Of a stretch of DNA of 64,000 bases, positions 56,287-64,000 are shown one piece after another. This stretch comes from Minisyncoccota bacterium (GTDB taxonomy: Bacteria; Patescibacteriota; Minisyncoccia; UBA6257; 2-01-FULL-56-20), in assembly GCA_036266715.1 (NCBI GenBank), contig DATAXS010000006.1, positions 1,757 through 65,756 on the forward strand. The letters run 5' to 3'. The notes beneath the pieces were generated by a model. It was not told where the DNA came from and made no database searches. It saw nothing but the letters and a program-made list of their open reading frames with translations. The translations under genes were made by a program, and so were the position numbers. Position 1 is the stretch's first letter. Each line of letters opens with the position of its first letter.

Positions 56287-56420
56287 TGGTCGTTTCGGAG
56301 AAAACGGGACGTTCATTTGGGACGTACACGACGAAGGCAGAGGCGGAAAAGCGGCTGAGGCAAGTGGAATACTTTAAGCACGCAAAGGGGAAGGCGGCTC
56401 CAAAAAGGAAGCGCGGCTAG
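56287..56420 (+). CDS. small basic protein (44 aa), hypothetical
   Basis: aaggtagg RBS-like sequence 8 nt upstream. MVVSEKTGRSFGTYTTKAEAEKRLRQVEYFKHAKGKAAPKRKRG. Confidence 0.35.
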
Positions 56421-56468
56421 GGCTCCATACACAGCTTGATTTTGCCGCGTGCGGTATACTGTGAATAT

Positions 56469-57464
56469 ATGAAGAAATACGACCTTGTTTCGGTGGGTGA
56501 CTGCACCATAGATGCGTTCATCGGCCTTCAGGATGCCTCGGTACACTGCAGTTTGAACGGCGAGGAATGCCAGCTCTGCATGTCCTTTGCCGACAAGATC
56601 CCGTATGACTCGCTCACGGTCGTGCCGGGCGTGGGGAACGCGGCGAATGTGGCCGTTGGCGCTTCGCGCCTGGGGTTCAACGTCGGGTTTTTGAGCGCCG
56701 TGGGCGCAGATCGGAACGGCGAGGACGTGATGGACGTCTACAAGCGGGAAGGCGTGAGCACGGAATACATCAAGGTGAACAAGCACCTGCCCACCAACTA
56801 CCATTTTGTGCTGAACTTCAAAGCCGAGCGGACCATCCTCATTAAGCACCAGCCATTTGATTATTTTGACCCGCGCGTGCTTGATACGCGGATGGATTGG
56901 ATGTATTTTTCATCCATCGGTGCGCACTCACTGCCGTTTCACCACAAAGTCGCAGAATATTTAAAGAAGCACCCGAATGTGCGGATGGGATTCAATCCCG
57001 GTACGTTCCAATTTGAATTTGGCGTGCAGAAACTTGCGCAGATATACAAACACACGCATGCGCTCTTTGTGAACCGCGAGGAGGCCGCGCGCATTTTGAA
57101 GACAAAAAAACTGGATATCCCGCCGCTTTTTGCCGGGCTCCACAAGCTTGGTCCCAAAATAGTTTTGATCACCGACGGCCCAAAGGGTGCGTATGCATCC
57201 GATGGCAACTCGCGCTACTTTATGCCGCCGTATCCGGACCCCAAGCCGCCCATCTCGCGCACGGGCGCGGGCGATGCGTTTTCCACAGGGTTTATGAGCG
57301 CGCTTATGAGCGGCCTTCCCGTGCACGATGCGTTGCGGTGGGCGCCGATAGAGTCCATGCACGTGGTGCAATTCTTTGGCGCACAGACGGGGCTGCTCAC
57401 CAAGCCGAAACTCCTCGGGTTTTTGAAAAAGGCCCCCCGCCACTATATCCCGAAGGCCATATGA
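56469..57464 (+). CDS. PfkB-family carbohydrate kinase (ribokinase-like)
   Basis: N-terminal GxGxxAN-like region (VPGVGNAANVAVGASRLG). C-terminal signature GAGDAFSTGF. Confidence 0.8.
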   Translation: MKKYDLVSVGDCTIDAFIGLQDASVHCSLNGEECQLCMSFADKIPYDSLTVVPGVGNAANVAVGASRLGFNVGFLSAVGADRNGEDVMDVYKREGVSTEYIKVNKHLPTNYHFVLNFKAERTILIKHQPFDYFDPRVLDTRMDWMYFSSIGAHSLPFHHKVAEYLKKHPNVRMGFNPGTFQFEFGVQKLAQIYKHTHALFVNREEAARILKTKKLDIPPLFAGLHKLGPKIVLITDGPKGAYASDGNSRYFMPPYPDPKPPISRTGAGDAFSTGFMSALMSGLPVHDALRWAPIESMHVVQFFGAQTGLLTKPKLLGFLKKAPRHYIPKAI

Positions 57465-58330
57465 AAACCCTCCGCGAAGTCCTTGCCGACGCCGATGCCC
57501 GCCGCGTGGCCGTAGGCCACTTTAATATTTCGGAGCTTGCGGCGCTCAAAGGCATTTTTGCGGCGGCGCAGGAACTCAATCTCCCAATCCTTATCGGCGT
57601 TTCGGAAGGCGAGCGTGAGTTTATTGGCGTGAAGCAGGCTTCGGCACTCATTAAAATCCTGCGCGAGAACTACGACTTCCCGATATTTCTGAATGCCGAC
57701 CACACGCACGTGCTTGATAAGGCAAAAGAAGCGGCGGAAGCGGGTTTTGATGAAGTGCTTTTTGACGGCTCGGCATTTCCCCTTGATGATAATATCCGCC
57801 GGACGCAGGAAGCGGTGAAGGCCATCCGCGCCATCAATCCGAGCATTGTGATAGAAGGGGAGATAGGCTACATTGGCTCGTCGTCCGAGATCGTGGATAA
57901 GCGGCCGGAGGCATCATTGCAACTTTCCACGCCGGAAGAGGCTATCCGCTTCGTGAACGAAACGGGCGTGGATGTGCTTGCGCCCGCCGTAGGGAACATG
58001 CACGGGCTTTTGGCGAACATGGTGACGGGCGCCGAACACAAGCACTTGGACATCGCGCGCATTGCGGAAATAAAGAAGGCGTGCGGCAAGTTTATGACGC
58101 TCCATGGCGGCTCGGGCACCGAGGACACCGACTTCACGGCGGCGGCAAAGAACGGCATGACCATCATCCACGTTTCAAGCGAACTCCGATTGGCGTGGCG
58201 GCGCGGCGTGGAAGCGGGACTTGCCGCAAACCCGAACGAGATCGCGCCGTACAAGCTCCTTCCGCCTGCGGTGGAAGGAATAAAAAAGATAGTGGAGGAC
58301 CGGCTGAAGCTTTTTAACGGCTTACGCTAG
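57461..58330 (+). CDS. fba: class II fructose-bisphosphate aldolase
   Basis: VAVGHFNISELAAL...NADHTHVLD...HGGSGT motifs. ATGA overlap with the PfkB stop. Confidence 0.85.
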   Translation: MKTLREVLADADARRVAVGHFNISELAALKGIFAAAQELNLPILIGVSEGEREFIGVKQASALIKILRENYDFPIFLNADHTHVLDKAKEAAEAGFDEVLFDGSAFPLDDNIRRTQEAVKAIRAINPSIVIEGEIGYIGSSSEIVDKRPEASLQLSTPEEAIRFVNETGVDVLAPAVGNMHGLLANMVTGAEHKHLDIARIAEIKKACGKFMTLHGGSGTEDTDFTAAAKNGMTIIHVSSELRLAWRRGVEAGLAANPNEIAPYKLLPPAVEGIKKIVEDRLKLFNGLR

Positions 58331-58338
58331 GCCGTCAG

Positions 58339-58722
58339 TTAGAAGTCGAAGCGTTTCCCGTATTTGCCGACGATCGGCAATTCTTTTTCCTGGCCGTTCA
58401 AGACGTTCACGATGCCAATGATGACGAGAACGAGCGATACGATCCACCAGAGCCACACAATGAGCCAGCCGAGCACCGGGATCCACCCGATCGCAAACGC
58501 AACGATCCAGCCGATGACGTCAAAGATAATGAGCGCGAGGCCCTGCTTCAGATGGAATTTTACGAATGGTTCTTTCCTTGTTTCCGTAAGGAACGGGATC
58601 ACGATGAGGATCCAGAGATAGGCGAATATCGCCATCATGTTTTTGCTGCTCACTGCGGCATGGTGCGCTTCGTGATGCGCCGCGTGCTCCGCTCCCGCCC
58701 CGTCGTTATGGTTATTAGGCAT
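58339..58722 (-). CDS. DUF4870-like small membrane protein
   Basis: His-rich N-terminus followed by HLKQGLALIIFDV and TM helices. Confidence 0.5.
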   Translation of the reverse strand: MPNNHNDGAGAEHAAHHEAHHAAVSSKNMMAIFAYLWILIVIPFLTETRKEPFVKFHLKQGLALIIFDVIGWIVAFAIGWIPVLGWLIVWLWWIVSLVLVIIGIVNVLNGQEKELPIVGKYGKRFDF

Positions 58723-58799
58723 GCCTTCATTATAGCAAATGAGGTCGGGCATACCTCAGAATGCTTGCGTTTTCGCGGGGAATTGCTACAATAGAGCCC

Positions 58800-59477
58800 A
58801 TGGATTTATCCGTTAAAACCCGCACGAAAATGGGCAAAGCGGTGAAGGCGCTCCGCAAGGAAGGCCTCATTCCCGCCGAGCTCTACGGCCACGGGCTCGC
58901 GAACGCCCACCTTTCCGTTTCGGCGAAGGAATTTTTAAAGATATTCAAGGTGGCCGGCACAAGCACCATCCTTACGCTCGTCACGGAAAAAGAAAAACGC
59001 CCGGCGATCATCCACGGCGTGGTCCGCGATGCGGTGACGGACGAGGTGGCGCACATTGATTTCTACCAGGTGCGCATGGATGAAAAGATAACGGCAAAAG
59101 TGCCACTTGAGTTCAAGGGTGAAGCGCCTGCGGTAAAGACGAAAGGCGCGATCATCAACAAGTCCATGACCGAGATAGAAGTGGAAGCGCTTCCGAACGA
59201 CTTGCCGCACAACCTCACGGTTGATATTTCTTCGCTCGACGACCTCAACAAGAGCATTTATGTGAAAGACATCAAGACCCCGCGCGGGGTGGTGATTTTG
59301 ATAGACGGAGAGACCGCCGTTGTGACAGCGACGCCGCCTGCCGCGGAAGAAGTGGTGGAAGCGCCCGCAGTGGACGTGGCGGACGTGAAGGTGGAAACGG
59401 AAGAGAAGAAGGCTGAGCGCGCGGCGGAAAAGGCGGACAAGGGCGAGAAGACCGGTGATAAACCCGCGGCAAAATAG
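58800..59477 (+). CDS. rplY: 50S ribosomal protein L25 (general stress protein Ctc form)
   Basis: RTKMGKAVKALRKEGLIPAELYG...HIDFYQV is a conserved L25 N-domain. C-terminal Ala/Lys/Glu-rich tail. Confidence 0.8.
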   Translation: MDLSVKTRTKMGKAVKALRKEGLIPAELYGHGLANAHLSVSAKEFLKIFKVAGTSTILTLVTEKEKRPAIIHGVVRDAVTDEVAHIDFYQVRMDEKITAKVPLEFKGEAPAVKTKGAIINKSMTEIEVEALPNDLPHNLTVDISSLDDLNKSIYVKDIKTPRGVVILIDGETAVVTATPPAAEEVVEAPAVDVADVKVETEEKKAERAAEKADKGEKTGDKPAAK

Positions 59478-59503
59478 CGCGGCTTTCAAAAAGAACAGCG
59501 GAA

Positions 59504-59531
59504 CGGGTACCCAACGGTGCCCGTTTTCGTT
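59504..59531 (+). terminator. rho-independent terminator after rplY
   Basis: cgggtacc-caac-ggtgcccg stem, followed by UUUUCGUU. Confidence 0.5.
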
Positions 59532-59543
59532 ATAATAGAGGTA

Positions 59544-61085
59544 ATGGAAAGGCCTTTGAAATCTCGTGTTTTGGGCGACATCGTACCCGCATCACAGGGC
59601 GACGCGCCCGGTGGACGCTGGAGCGCGTTTGACGTTCCGAACGGGAGATTGAATCTTTCCGAACGCGGGCCGCGCCTCACGATACCTTTTCTCAAAATTG
59701 TGAAGCCCCTGATCGTGACCGGCGCAGTGGCGTTTTTCGTTTTTGGATCTGCCGCCGCACCCACGGTCTTCACCCGCGCTGCGGGGCAGAGCACGAGCGG
59801 GTCAACGGACACGAGCGGCACCGGCACTTCGGGCACGGCCACCGCGAGCACCGCTTCCAGTACGGCGGACACTTCCGCTGAACGCAGTGCGCTCCAAGAT
59901 CAGCTCCAGCAACTTGAAACACAGATAGATCAGTACCAAGGGCAGATCACGAGCTACAAGCAGCAGGGCAATACGCTGAGCAGCCAGATAGATCAGCTGA
60001 ACGATAAAGTTGCGTCGCTCAATCTGCAGATCCAGGCCACTAATCTCACTATTGAACAGTTGGACAGTCAGATATCCGACACGCAGTCGCAGATCACGAC
60101 GACCCAGGGCGACATCCAGGGCAAGCAGGCCGCGATCGGCAGCTTGCTCCAGGCCATGTACGAGAACGACCAGACAAGTTTGGTGGAGGCATTCCTTGCA
60201 AACCCGCAGCTCTCCGATTTTTGGAGCGACACGCAGAATATTACGCTCATCCAGGACAACCTGCGCGTGGCGGTGCAGCAGCTCACGGATCTTCAAGGCC
60301 AGCTTACCGGCCAAGAGCAGGATTTTGAAGCGTCCAAATCGGACGCCGCAACCGCGGCGGCATACGCGCAGGCGCAGGCGGCGTCCGTCGCGAGTACCAA
60401 GAGCCAAAAATCCCAGCTCCTCACGGCCACACAAGGAGAAGAATCAAAATATCAAACGCTCCTCACGCAGACCCAGGCCTCAGCCGCGCAAATACGGAAC
60501 CAGATATTCCAACTGCTCGGCGGCGGGCAGCTCACATTCGGCGACGCGTACCAATACGCCAAGCTTGCCTCCGATGCGACGGGCATTGACCCCGCGTTTA
60601 TCCTCGCCATCCTTGATCGCGAGTCGGCGCTTGGCCAGAACGTCGGCCAATGCAGTTACAAGAGCGCCATGAGCCCGTCCAACATCCCAATCTTCCTCCA
60701 GATAACGAGTTCGCTCGGGCTTGATCCGAGTACGATGATGGTTTCCTGCGCGAACGCCGACGGCGTTTATGGCGGCGCCATGGGGCCGGCGCAGTTCGAG
60801 CCGTCCACATGGGAGCTCTATGTGAGCGGGGTATCCTCCATCACGGGCGATAATCCGCCCTCGCCGTGGAACAACGCGGATGCGTTCGTGGCGACCGCGC
60901 TCTATCTTAAGGACGCCATGACCGGCTGCCAAGCGGTTTACAGCGCGACGATAGACCAGGAGCGTTGCACGGCGGCAAAATACTATGCGGGCAGCCGTTG
61001 GAAGAGCTATCTTTGGACGTACGGCGAGGCGGTCGTGGAACAGGCCGAGACGTTTGCCGGCGACATACAGACCATTACTTCGTAA
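59544..61085 (+). CDS. secreted coiled-coil protein with C-terminal lytic-transglycosylase (SLT/lysozyme-like) domain
   Basis: TM anchor. Q/L-rich coiled coil. C-terminal FILAILDRESALGQ (E-S catalytic pair) and GAMGPAQFEPSTW. Confidence 0.6.
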   Translation: MERPLKSRVLGDIVPASQGDAPGGRWSAFDVPNGRLNLSERGPRLTIPFLKIVKPLIVTGAVAFFVFGSAAAPTVFTRAAGQSTSGSTDTSGTGTSGTATASTASSTADTSAERSALQDQLQQLETQIDQYQGQITSYKQQGNTLSSQIDQLNDKVASLNLQIQATNLTIEQLDSQISDTQSQITTTQGDIQGKQAAIGSLLQAMYENDQTSLVEAFLANPQLSDFWSDTQNITLIQDNLRVAVQQLTDLQGQLTGQEQDFEASKSDAATAAAYAQAQAASVASTKSQKSQLLTATQGEESKYQTLLTQTQASAAQIRNQIFQLLGGGQLTFGDAYQYAKLASDATGIDPAFILAILDRESALGQNVGQCSYKSAMSPSNIPIFLQITSSLGLDPSTMMVSCANADGVYGGAMGPAQFEPSTWELYVSGVSSITGDNPPSPWNNADAFVATALYLKDAMTGCQAVYSATIDQERCTAAKYYAGSRWKSYLWTYGEAVVEQAETFAGDIQTITS

Positions 61086-61116
61086 TATAAATTATAAATT
61101 TTAAAATTTCTCCAAA

Positions 61117-62388
61117 ATGAAACCTCCCAAGAAAATAACACTTAAGAACGGCCTGCGCATAATCCTTGCGCCGCAGCCGGGCGGCGTGGCCGCAAGCGTG
61201 CTCATCCTCGTCGCCGCCGGATCGGAATACGAGACAAAGGCCACGAACGGCCTTTCGCATTTTTTGGAACACATGACGTTCAAGGGAACCACCGACCGGC
61301 CGCGCCCCGGCATGATCGCGGAAGAGCTTGCGGCGCTCGGCGCGCAATCCAACGCATTCACCTCGGAGGAATTTACCGGCTATTGGGCGAAGGTGGAGGC
61401 CGGAAAAATACACAACATAGTGGAGATCGTCTCCGACCTCTACCTGCATCCGCTCTTTGCACCGGAGGAAATAGAAAAAGAGCGCGGCGTGATCATAGAA
61501 GAGCTGAATATGTACGAGGATATGCCGATGCGGAAGGTGCAGGACGTTTTTGGTGAATTGCTTTATGGCGACCAGCCCGCAGGATGGGACGTGGGCGGCA
61601 CAAAGGCCAATATAAAAAAGCTGAAGCGCGACCAGTTCGTGGCATATCGCAACGCGCGCTATGTGGCACCCGGCACCGTGGTTGCGATCGGCGGCGCGTT
61701 CAACGAGCGGAAGATCATTGCGCAGATAAAAGAGGCCTTTGGCGGCCTTGCCCGCCGCAGCGCCTATGCAAAGCCCAAAACGCACGAGCGGCAAGCGCGT
61801 CCGGCCGTCAAACTGAAGTTCAAAGAATCCGACCAGGGGCATCTTGTGCTCGGGTTTCGGGCATTCGACCTTTTTGACGAACGGCGCTACGCGCTCCAGG
61901 TGCTTGCAAGTGTGCTGGGCGGCGGGATGAGCTCGCGGCTGTGGAAGCGCGTCCGCGAGGAGATGGGCGCCGCCTATTACGTGGGTGCAGATACCGACCT
62001 TTCCCTGGACCACGGGGCGTTTTCCGTTTCCGCCGGCGTGGAACGCAGCAAGATGGAGCTTGTAATAGCGACCATCCTTGAGGAATGTCGCAAGATCGCG
62101 GAGGAGCCCGTGCCCGCCGCGGAGCTCCGCCGCGTGAAGGACCACATGATAGGCGGCCTCGTGCTCGGCCTTGAGACCTCGGACGAGCTCGCGAGCTTCT
62201 ACGGCACGCAGGAGGTTCTCACGAAGCGGCTTTTGCCACCGGAAGCGATTATCAGTAGAATAAATGGGATACGCGCGGAGGAGGTGCGGGCGGTCGCGAA
62301 GGCGATCTTTAAAAACAAAGGATTGAATCTCGCGGTCATCGGGCCGTACAAAGATGCCGCATCGTTCCGCAAGATACTTACCCTATAA
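61117..62388 (+). CDS. M16-family zinc peptidase (pitrilysin/insulinase-like)
   Basis: Inverted zinc-binding motif HFLEHMTFKGT (HxxEH) and distal Glu region. Confidence 0.8.
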   Translation: MKPPKKITLKNGLRIILAPQPGGVAASVLILVAAGSEYETKATNGLSHFLEHMTFKGTTDRPRPGMIAEELAALGAQSNAFTSEEFTGYWAKVEAGKIHNIVEIVSDLYLHPLFAPEEIEKERGVIIEELNMYEDMPMRKVQDVFGELLYGDQPAGWDVGGTKANIKKLKRDQFVAYRNARYVAPGTVVAIGGAFNERKIIAQIKEAFGGLARRSAYAKPKTHERQARPAVKLKFKESDQGHLVLGFRAFDLFDERRYALQVLASVLGGGMSSRLWKRVREEMGAAYYVGADTDLSLDHGAFSVSAGVERSKMELVIATILEECRKIAEEPVPAAELRRVKDHMIGGLVLGLETSDELASFYGTQEVLTKRLLPPEAIISRINGIRAEEVRAVAKAIFKNKGLNLAVIGPYKDAASFRKILTL

Positions 62389-62465
62389 AATTTTCAATTT
62401 ATAATTTCCAATTTTCATTCAATAGCCAATATTAAATTTTCAATTTTTAAACGCAAACAGTTAAT
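62389..62465 (+). repeat. diverged third copy of AT-rich promoter element (upstream of AI-2E transporter gene)
   Basis: aaattttcaatttataatttccaattttcattcaatagcc... shares the ttttcaatt / ttttcattcaa cores with copies A and B. Confidence 0.4.
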
Positions 62466-63479
62466 ATGGAAAAGCGCGAATACGAAATTTCCTGGGCGAC
62501 CCTTTGGCGGATACTCATCTTCGTCGTGCTTATTGCGGTCTTTTATGAAGGGCGGGAAATATTGCTGGGGCTTTTCCTCGCAATCGTGATCTCATCCGGC
62601 CTGGAGGGTCTTGTGAACCTGCTTGAACGTGCCGGGCTTCCGCGGAGTCTCAGCGTGATACTTATTTTTCTCATCATTCTCTTCGTCATTGTCTTCATTA
62701 TCTATTCGCTGACGCCGGTCGTCATCGTGGAATTGAACACAATATTCTCTGGCGCGGGGAAGGTGAGCGCCTCGGGAAGCTTAGCGGCCCTTTTGAGCTC
62801 CAAGGCGGCTGAGACCCTGAGCAACTTTGCGAGCCAGCTTTCGTCAAGCGTGCTTACGGGCAGCGCGTCGCCCCTTACCGCGTTCTCCAACGCGATCGGG
62901 AGCGTGGGTCTTGCGGTCGCGGTGATTCTCTGCTCGTTCTATCTCACGCTTACCAAAGACGGGGTGGAGCGTTTTATGAAAGTGGTGTTCCCGCCCTCAT
63001 ACGAGGAAACCGCGCTCCGCGTGTACGAACGTTCCAAAAAGCTCATCGGCACGTGGTTCAAGACGCAGATATTGATGAGTTTGATCATGGGCGTCACGGT
63101 GTGGATCGGCCTTGCCATACTCCACGTGCCATACGCGCTTTTGATCGCGTCGCTTGCGGCCATCTTTGAACTTGTCCCATTCGTGGGCCCGTTCCTTTCG
63201 GGCGCGCTTGCCGTCATTGCCGCACTTTCCGTGTCTTCCACGCTCGCCATCTACACATTGATATTCTTCATCATCGCCCAGCAGTTTGAGTCCAACGTGC
63301 TCGTGCCCATCCTTTCCCAGCAGCTCGTGGGACTGCATCCTGTGATCGTCATCGTCGCCCTGCTTATCGGCGCCGAGATCGGCGGATTTTTGGGCATCGT
63401 GATATCGGTGCCGGCAGCAGGCGTGTTTCAGGAGGTCATTCAAGAATGGTCGACCAAGCGGCGGCGGAGCGATTCGTGA
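62466..63479 (+). CDS. AI-2E family transporter (UPF0118/PerM-like)
   Basis: 8-TM layout. FELVPFVGPFLSG is typical of AI-2E. Confidence 0.7.
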   Translation: MEKREYEISWATLWRILIFVVLIAVFYEGREILLGLFLAIVISSGLEGLVNLLERAGLPRSLSVILIFLIILFVIVFIIYSLTPVVIVELNTIFSGAGKVSASGSLAALLSSKAAETLSNFASQLSSSVLTGSASPLTAFSNAIGSVGLAVAVILCSFYLTLTKDGVERFMKVVFPPSYEETALRVYERSKKLIGTWFKTQILMSLIMGVTVWIGLAILHVPYALLIASLAAIFELVPFVGPFLSGALAVIAALSVSSTLAIYTLIFFIIAQQFESNVLVPILSQQLVGLHPVIVIVALLIGAEIGGFLGIVISVPAAGVFQEVIQEWSTKRRRSDS

Positions 63480-63492
63480 TATAGTTCGTGAC

Positions 63493-64000
63493 ATGGAAAG
63501 TTCCCGTGGGCGCTTCTATATCACGTCGCCCATCTACTACATCAACGACAAGCCGCACATCGGCCACGCGTACACGACGTTTGTGGCGGACACGCTTGCC
63601 CGCTGGCGCGCCGCCCGTGGCGAGGAGGTCCTTTTTTTGACGGGCACGGACGAAAATTCCCAGAAGACGGTGGATGCGGCAAAAAAGCGTGGTGAAGAGG
63701 TGCGCGAATATACCGACCGGATGGCGGAGGAATGGGCTCGCGTGTGGAGCAAGCTTGGCATTATGAACACCGATTTTATCCGCACGACGGAAGAACGGCA
63801 TATTGAAGTGGTAAACGATTTTTGGGGACGGCTGGACGCCGCGGGCGACTTCTATAAAGACAGTTATGAGGGATTGTACTGCAAGGGGCACGAGGCGTTC
63901 TTGCGGGAAGACGAGCTTGTGGACGGGCTTTGCCCGGAGCACAAGACAAAACCGGAACTCGTGTCCGAGGAAAATTATTTTTTCCGTCTTTCAAAATACC
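63493..64000 (+). CDS. metG: methionyl-tRNA synthetase (5' part, continues beyond the window)
   Basis: FYITSPIYYINDKPHIGHAYTT (HIGH motif) and the CP zinc knuckle GLYCKGHEAFL...CPEHK. No stop before the window end. Confidence 0.85.
   Translation, partial: MESSRGRFYITSPIYYINDKPHIGHAYTTFVADTLARWRAARGEEVLFLTGTDENSQKTVDAAKKRGEEVREYTDRMAEEWARVWSKLGIMNTDFIRTTEERHIEVVNDFWGRLDAAGDFYKDSYEGLYCKGHEAFLREDELVDGLCPEHKTKPELVSEENYFFRLSKY

Noticed and set aside
56058-56420. 120-aa ORF spanning the tRNA-like element, promoter, terminator and small gene
   Set aside because: It reads through a consensus promoter and an intrinsic terminator. Only its last ~44 codons, which have their own RBS, look like a gene.
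56061-56420. Complete or two-piece tmRNA (ssrA)
   Set aside because: The G3:U70 acceptor and T-arm are tmRNA-like. However, there is no space or sequence for pseudoknots or a tag ORF ending in ...AA-stop nearby. The element order (5' acceptor before 3' acceptor with only 54 nt between) fits neither standard nor permuted tmRNA genes. I kept it as an unclassified tRNA-like element.
1-64000. CRISPR arrays, IS elements, integrases and prophage genes
   Set aside because: No arrays of short regularly spaced direct repeats were seen. No transposase or integrase-like ORFs were found. The low-GC blocks lack recognisable mobility genes within the window.

Overview
This is a gene-dense 64-kb bacterial segment of about 58-60% GC with short intergenic regions. 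I counted roughly 60 protein genes, one canonical tRNA (tRNA-Asn GUU, minus strand) and one unclassified tRNA-like element. I found no rRNA, CRISPR array, transposase or integrase. The gene content resembles a Patescibacteria/CPR (Parcubacteria-like) genome, but that is inference from content only. Content includes a pentose-phosphate and lower-glycolysis block (gap, rpiB, rpe, a split transketolase, a PfkB kinase and a class II FBA), nrdAB, rplY/Ctc and metG. It also includes many secreted surface proteins carrying PG-binding, FN3/Ig-like, LamG, lamin-tail and C39-like peptidase domains. Start codons in the feature table are best guesses where several in-frame Mets exist, and the terminators, promoters and repeats listed there are visual calls on the raw sequence. 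The main things worth a second look are:
- A glycan locus (15.6-24.8 kb): a secreted GH6 cellulase converges on a four-gene minus-strand operon (GT-C, GT2 cellulose-synthase-like with D,D,D,QxxRW, GH8, GT-C) plus a TagD-like cytidylyltransferase. GH18, tandem GH130 and GH5-like genes lie elsewhere.
- A compositionally distinct (~42% GC) ~1-kb block lies between the two transketolase halves; the minus-strand cassette (a PARP-like H-Y-E ADP-ribosyltransferase toxin coupled to a 63-aa ORF) sits in that low-GC block, while the 4-TM membrane protein between it and tktN is host-like in GC. This is the best candidate for an undescribed toxin/immunity or defence module.
- An unclassified tRNA-like element (G3:U70 acceptor plus T-arm, no anticodon arm) is followed by a consensus sigma70 promoter and a terminated ~70-nt sRNA. 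The sRNA 5' end is complementary over 12-17 nt to the middle of the tRNA-like element.
- A ~105-aa repeat domain (VFQQFFSGQNF), possibly a new carbohydrate-binding module, occurs three times in the GH6 protein and once in the GH5-like protein.
- Two near-identical ~90-bp AT-rich promoter elements precede rpiB and the transketolase N-terminal gene. Many genes appear leaderless, with a -10 box 7-9 nt before the ATG and a recurring TATAATAGAGG 11-mer.
- A four-copy ~30-nt motif family lies next to an ECF-like sigma factor and surface-protein genes.
- An apparent frameshift splits a PG-binding/Big/LamG surface protein gene.
- A perfect 33-bp inverted repeat fills the gap between two convergent genes.
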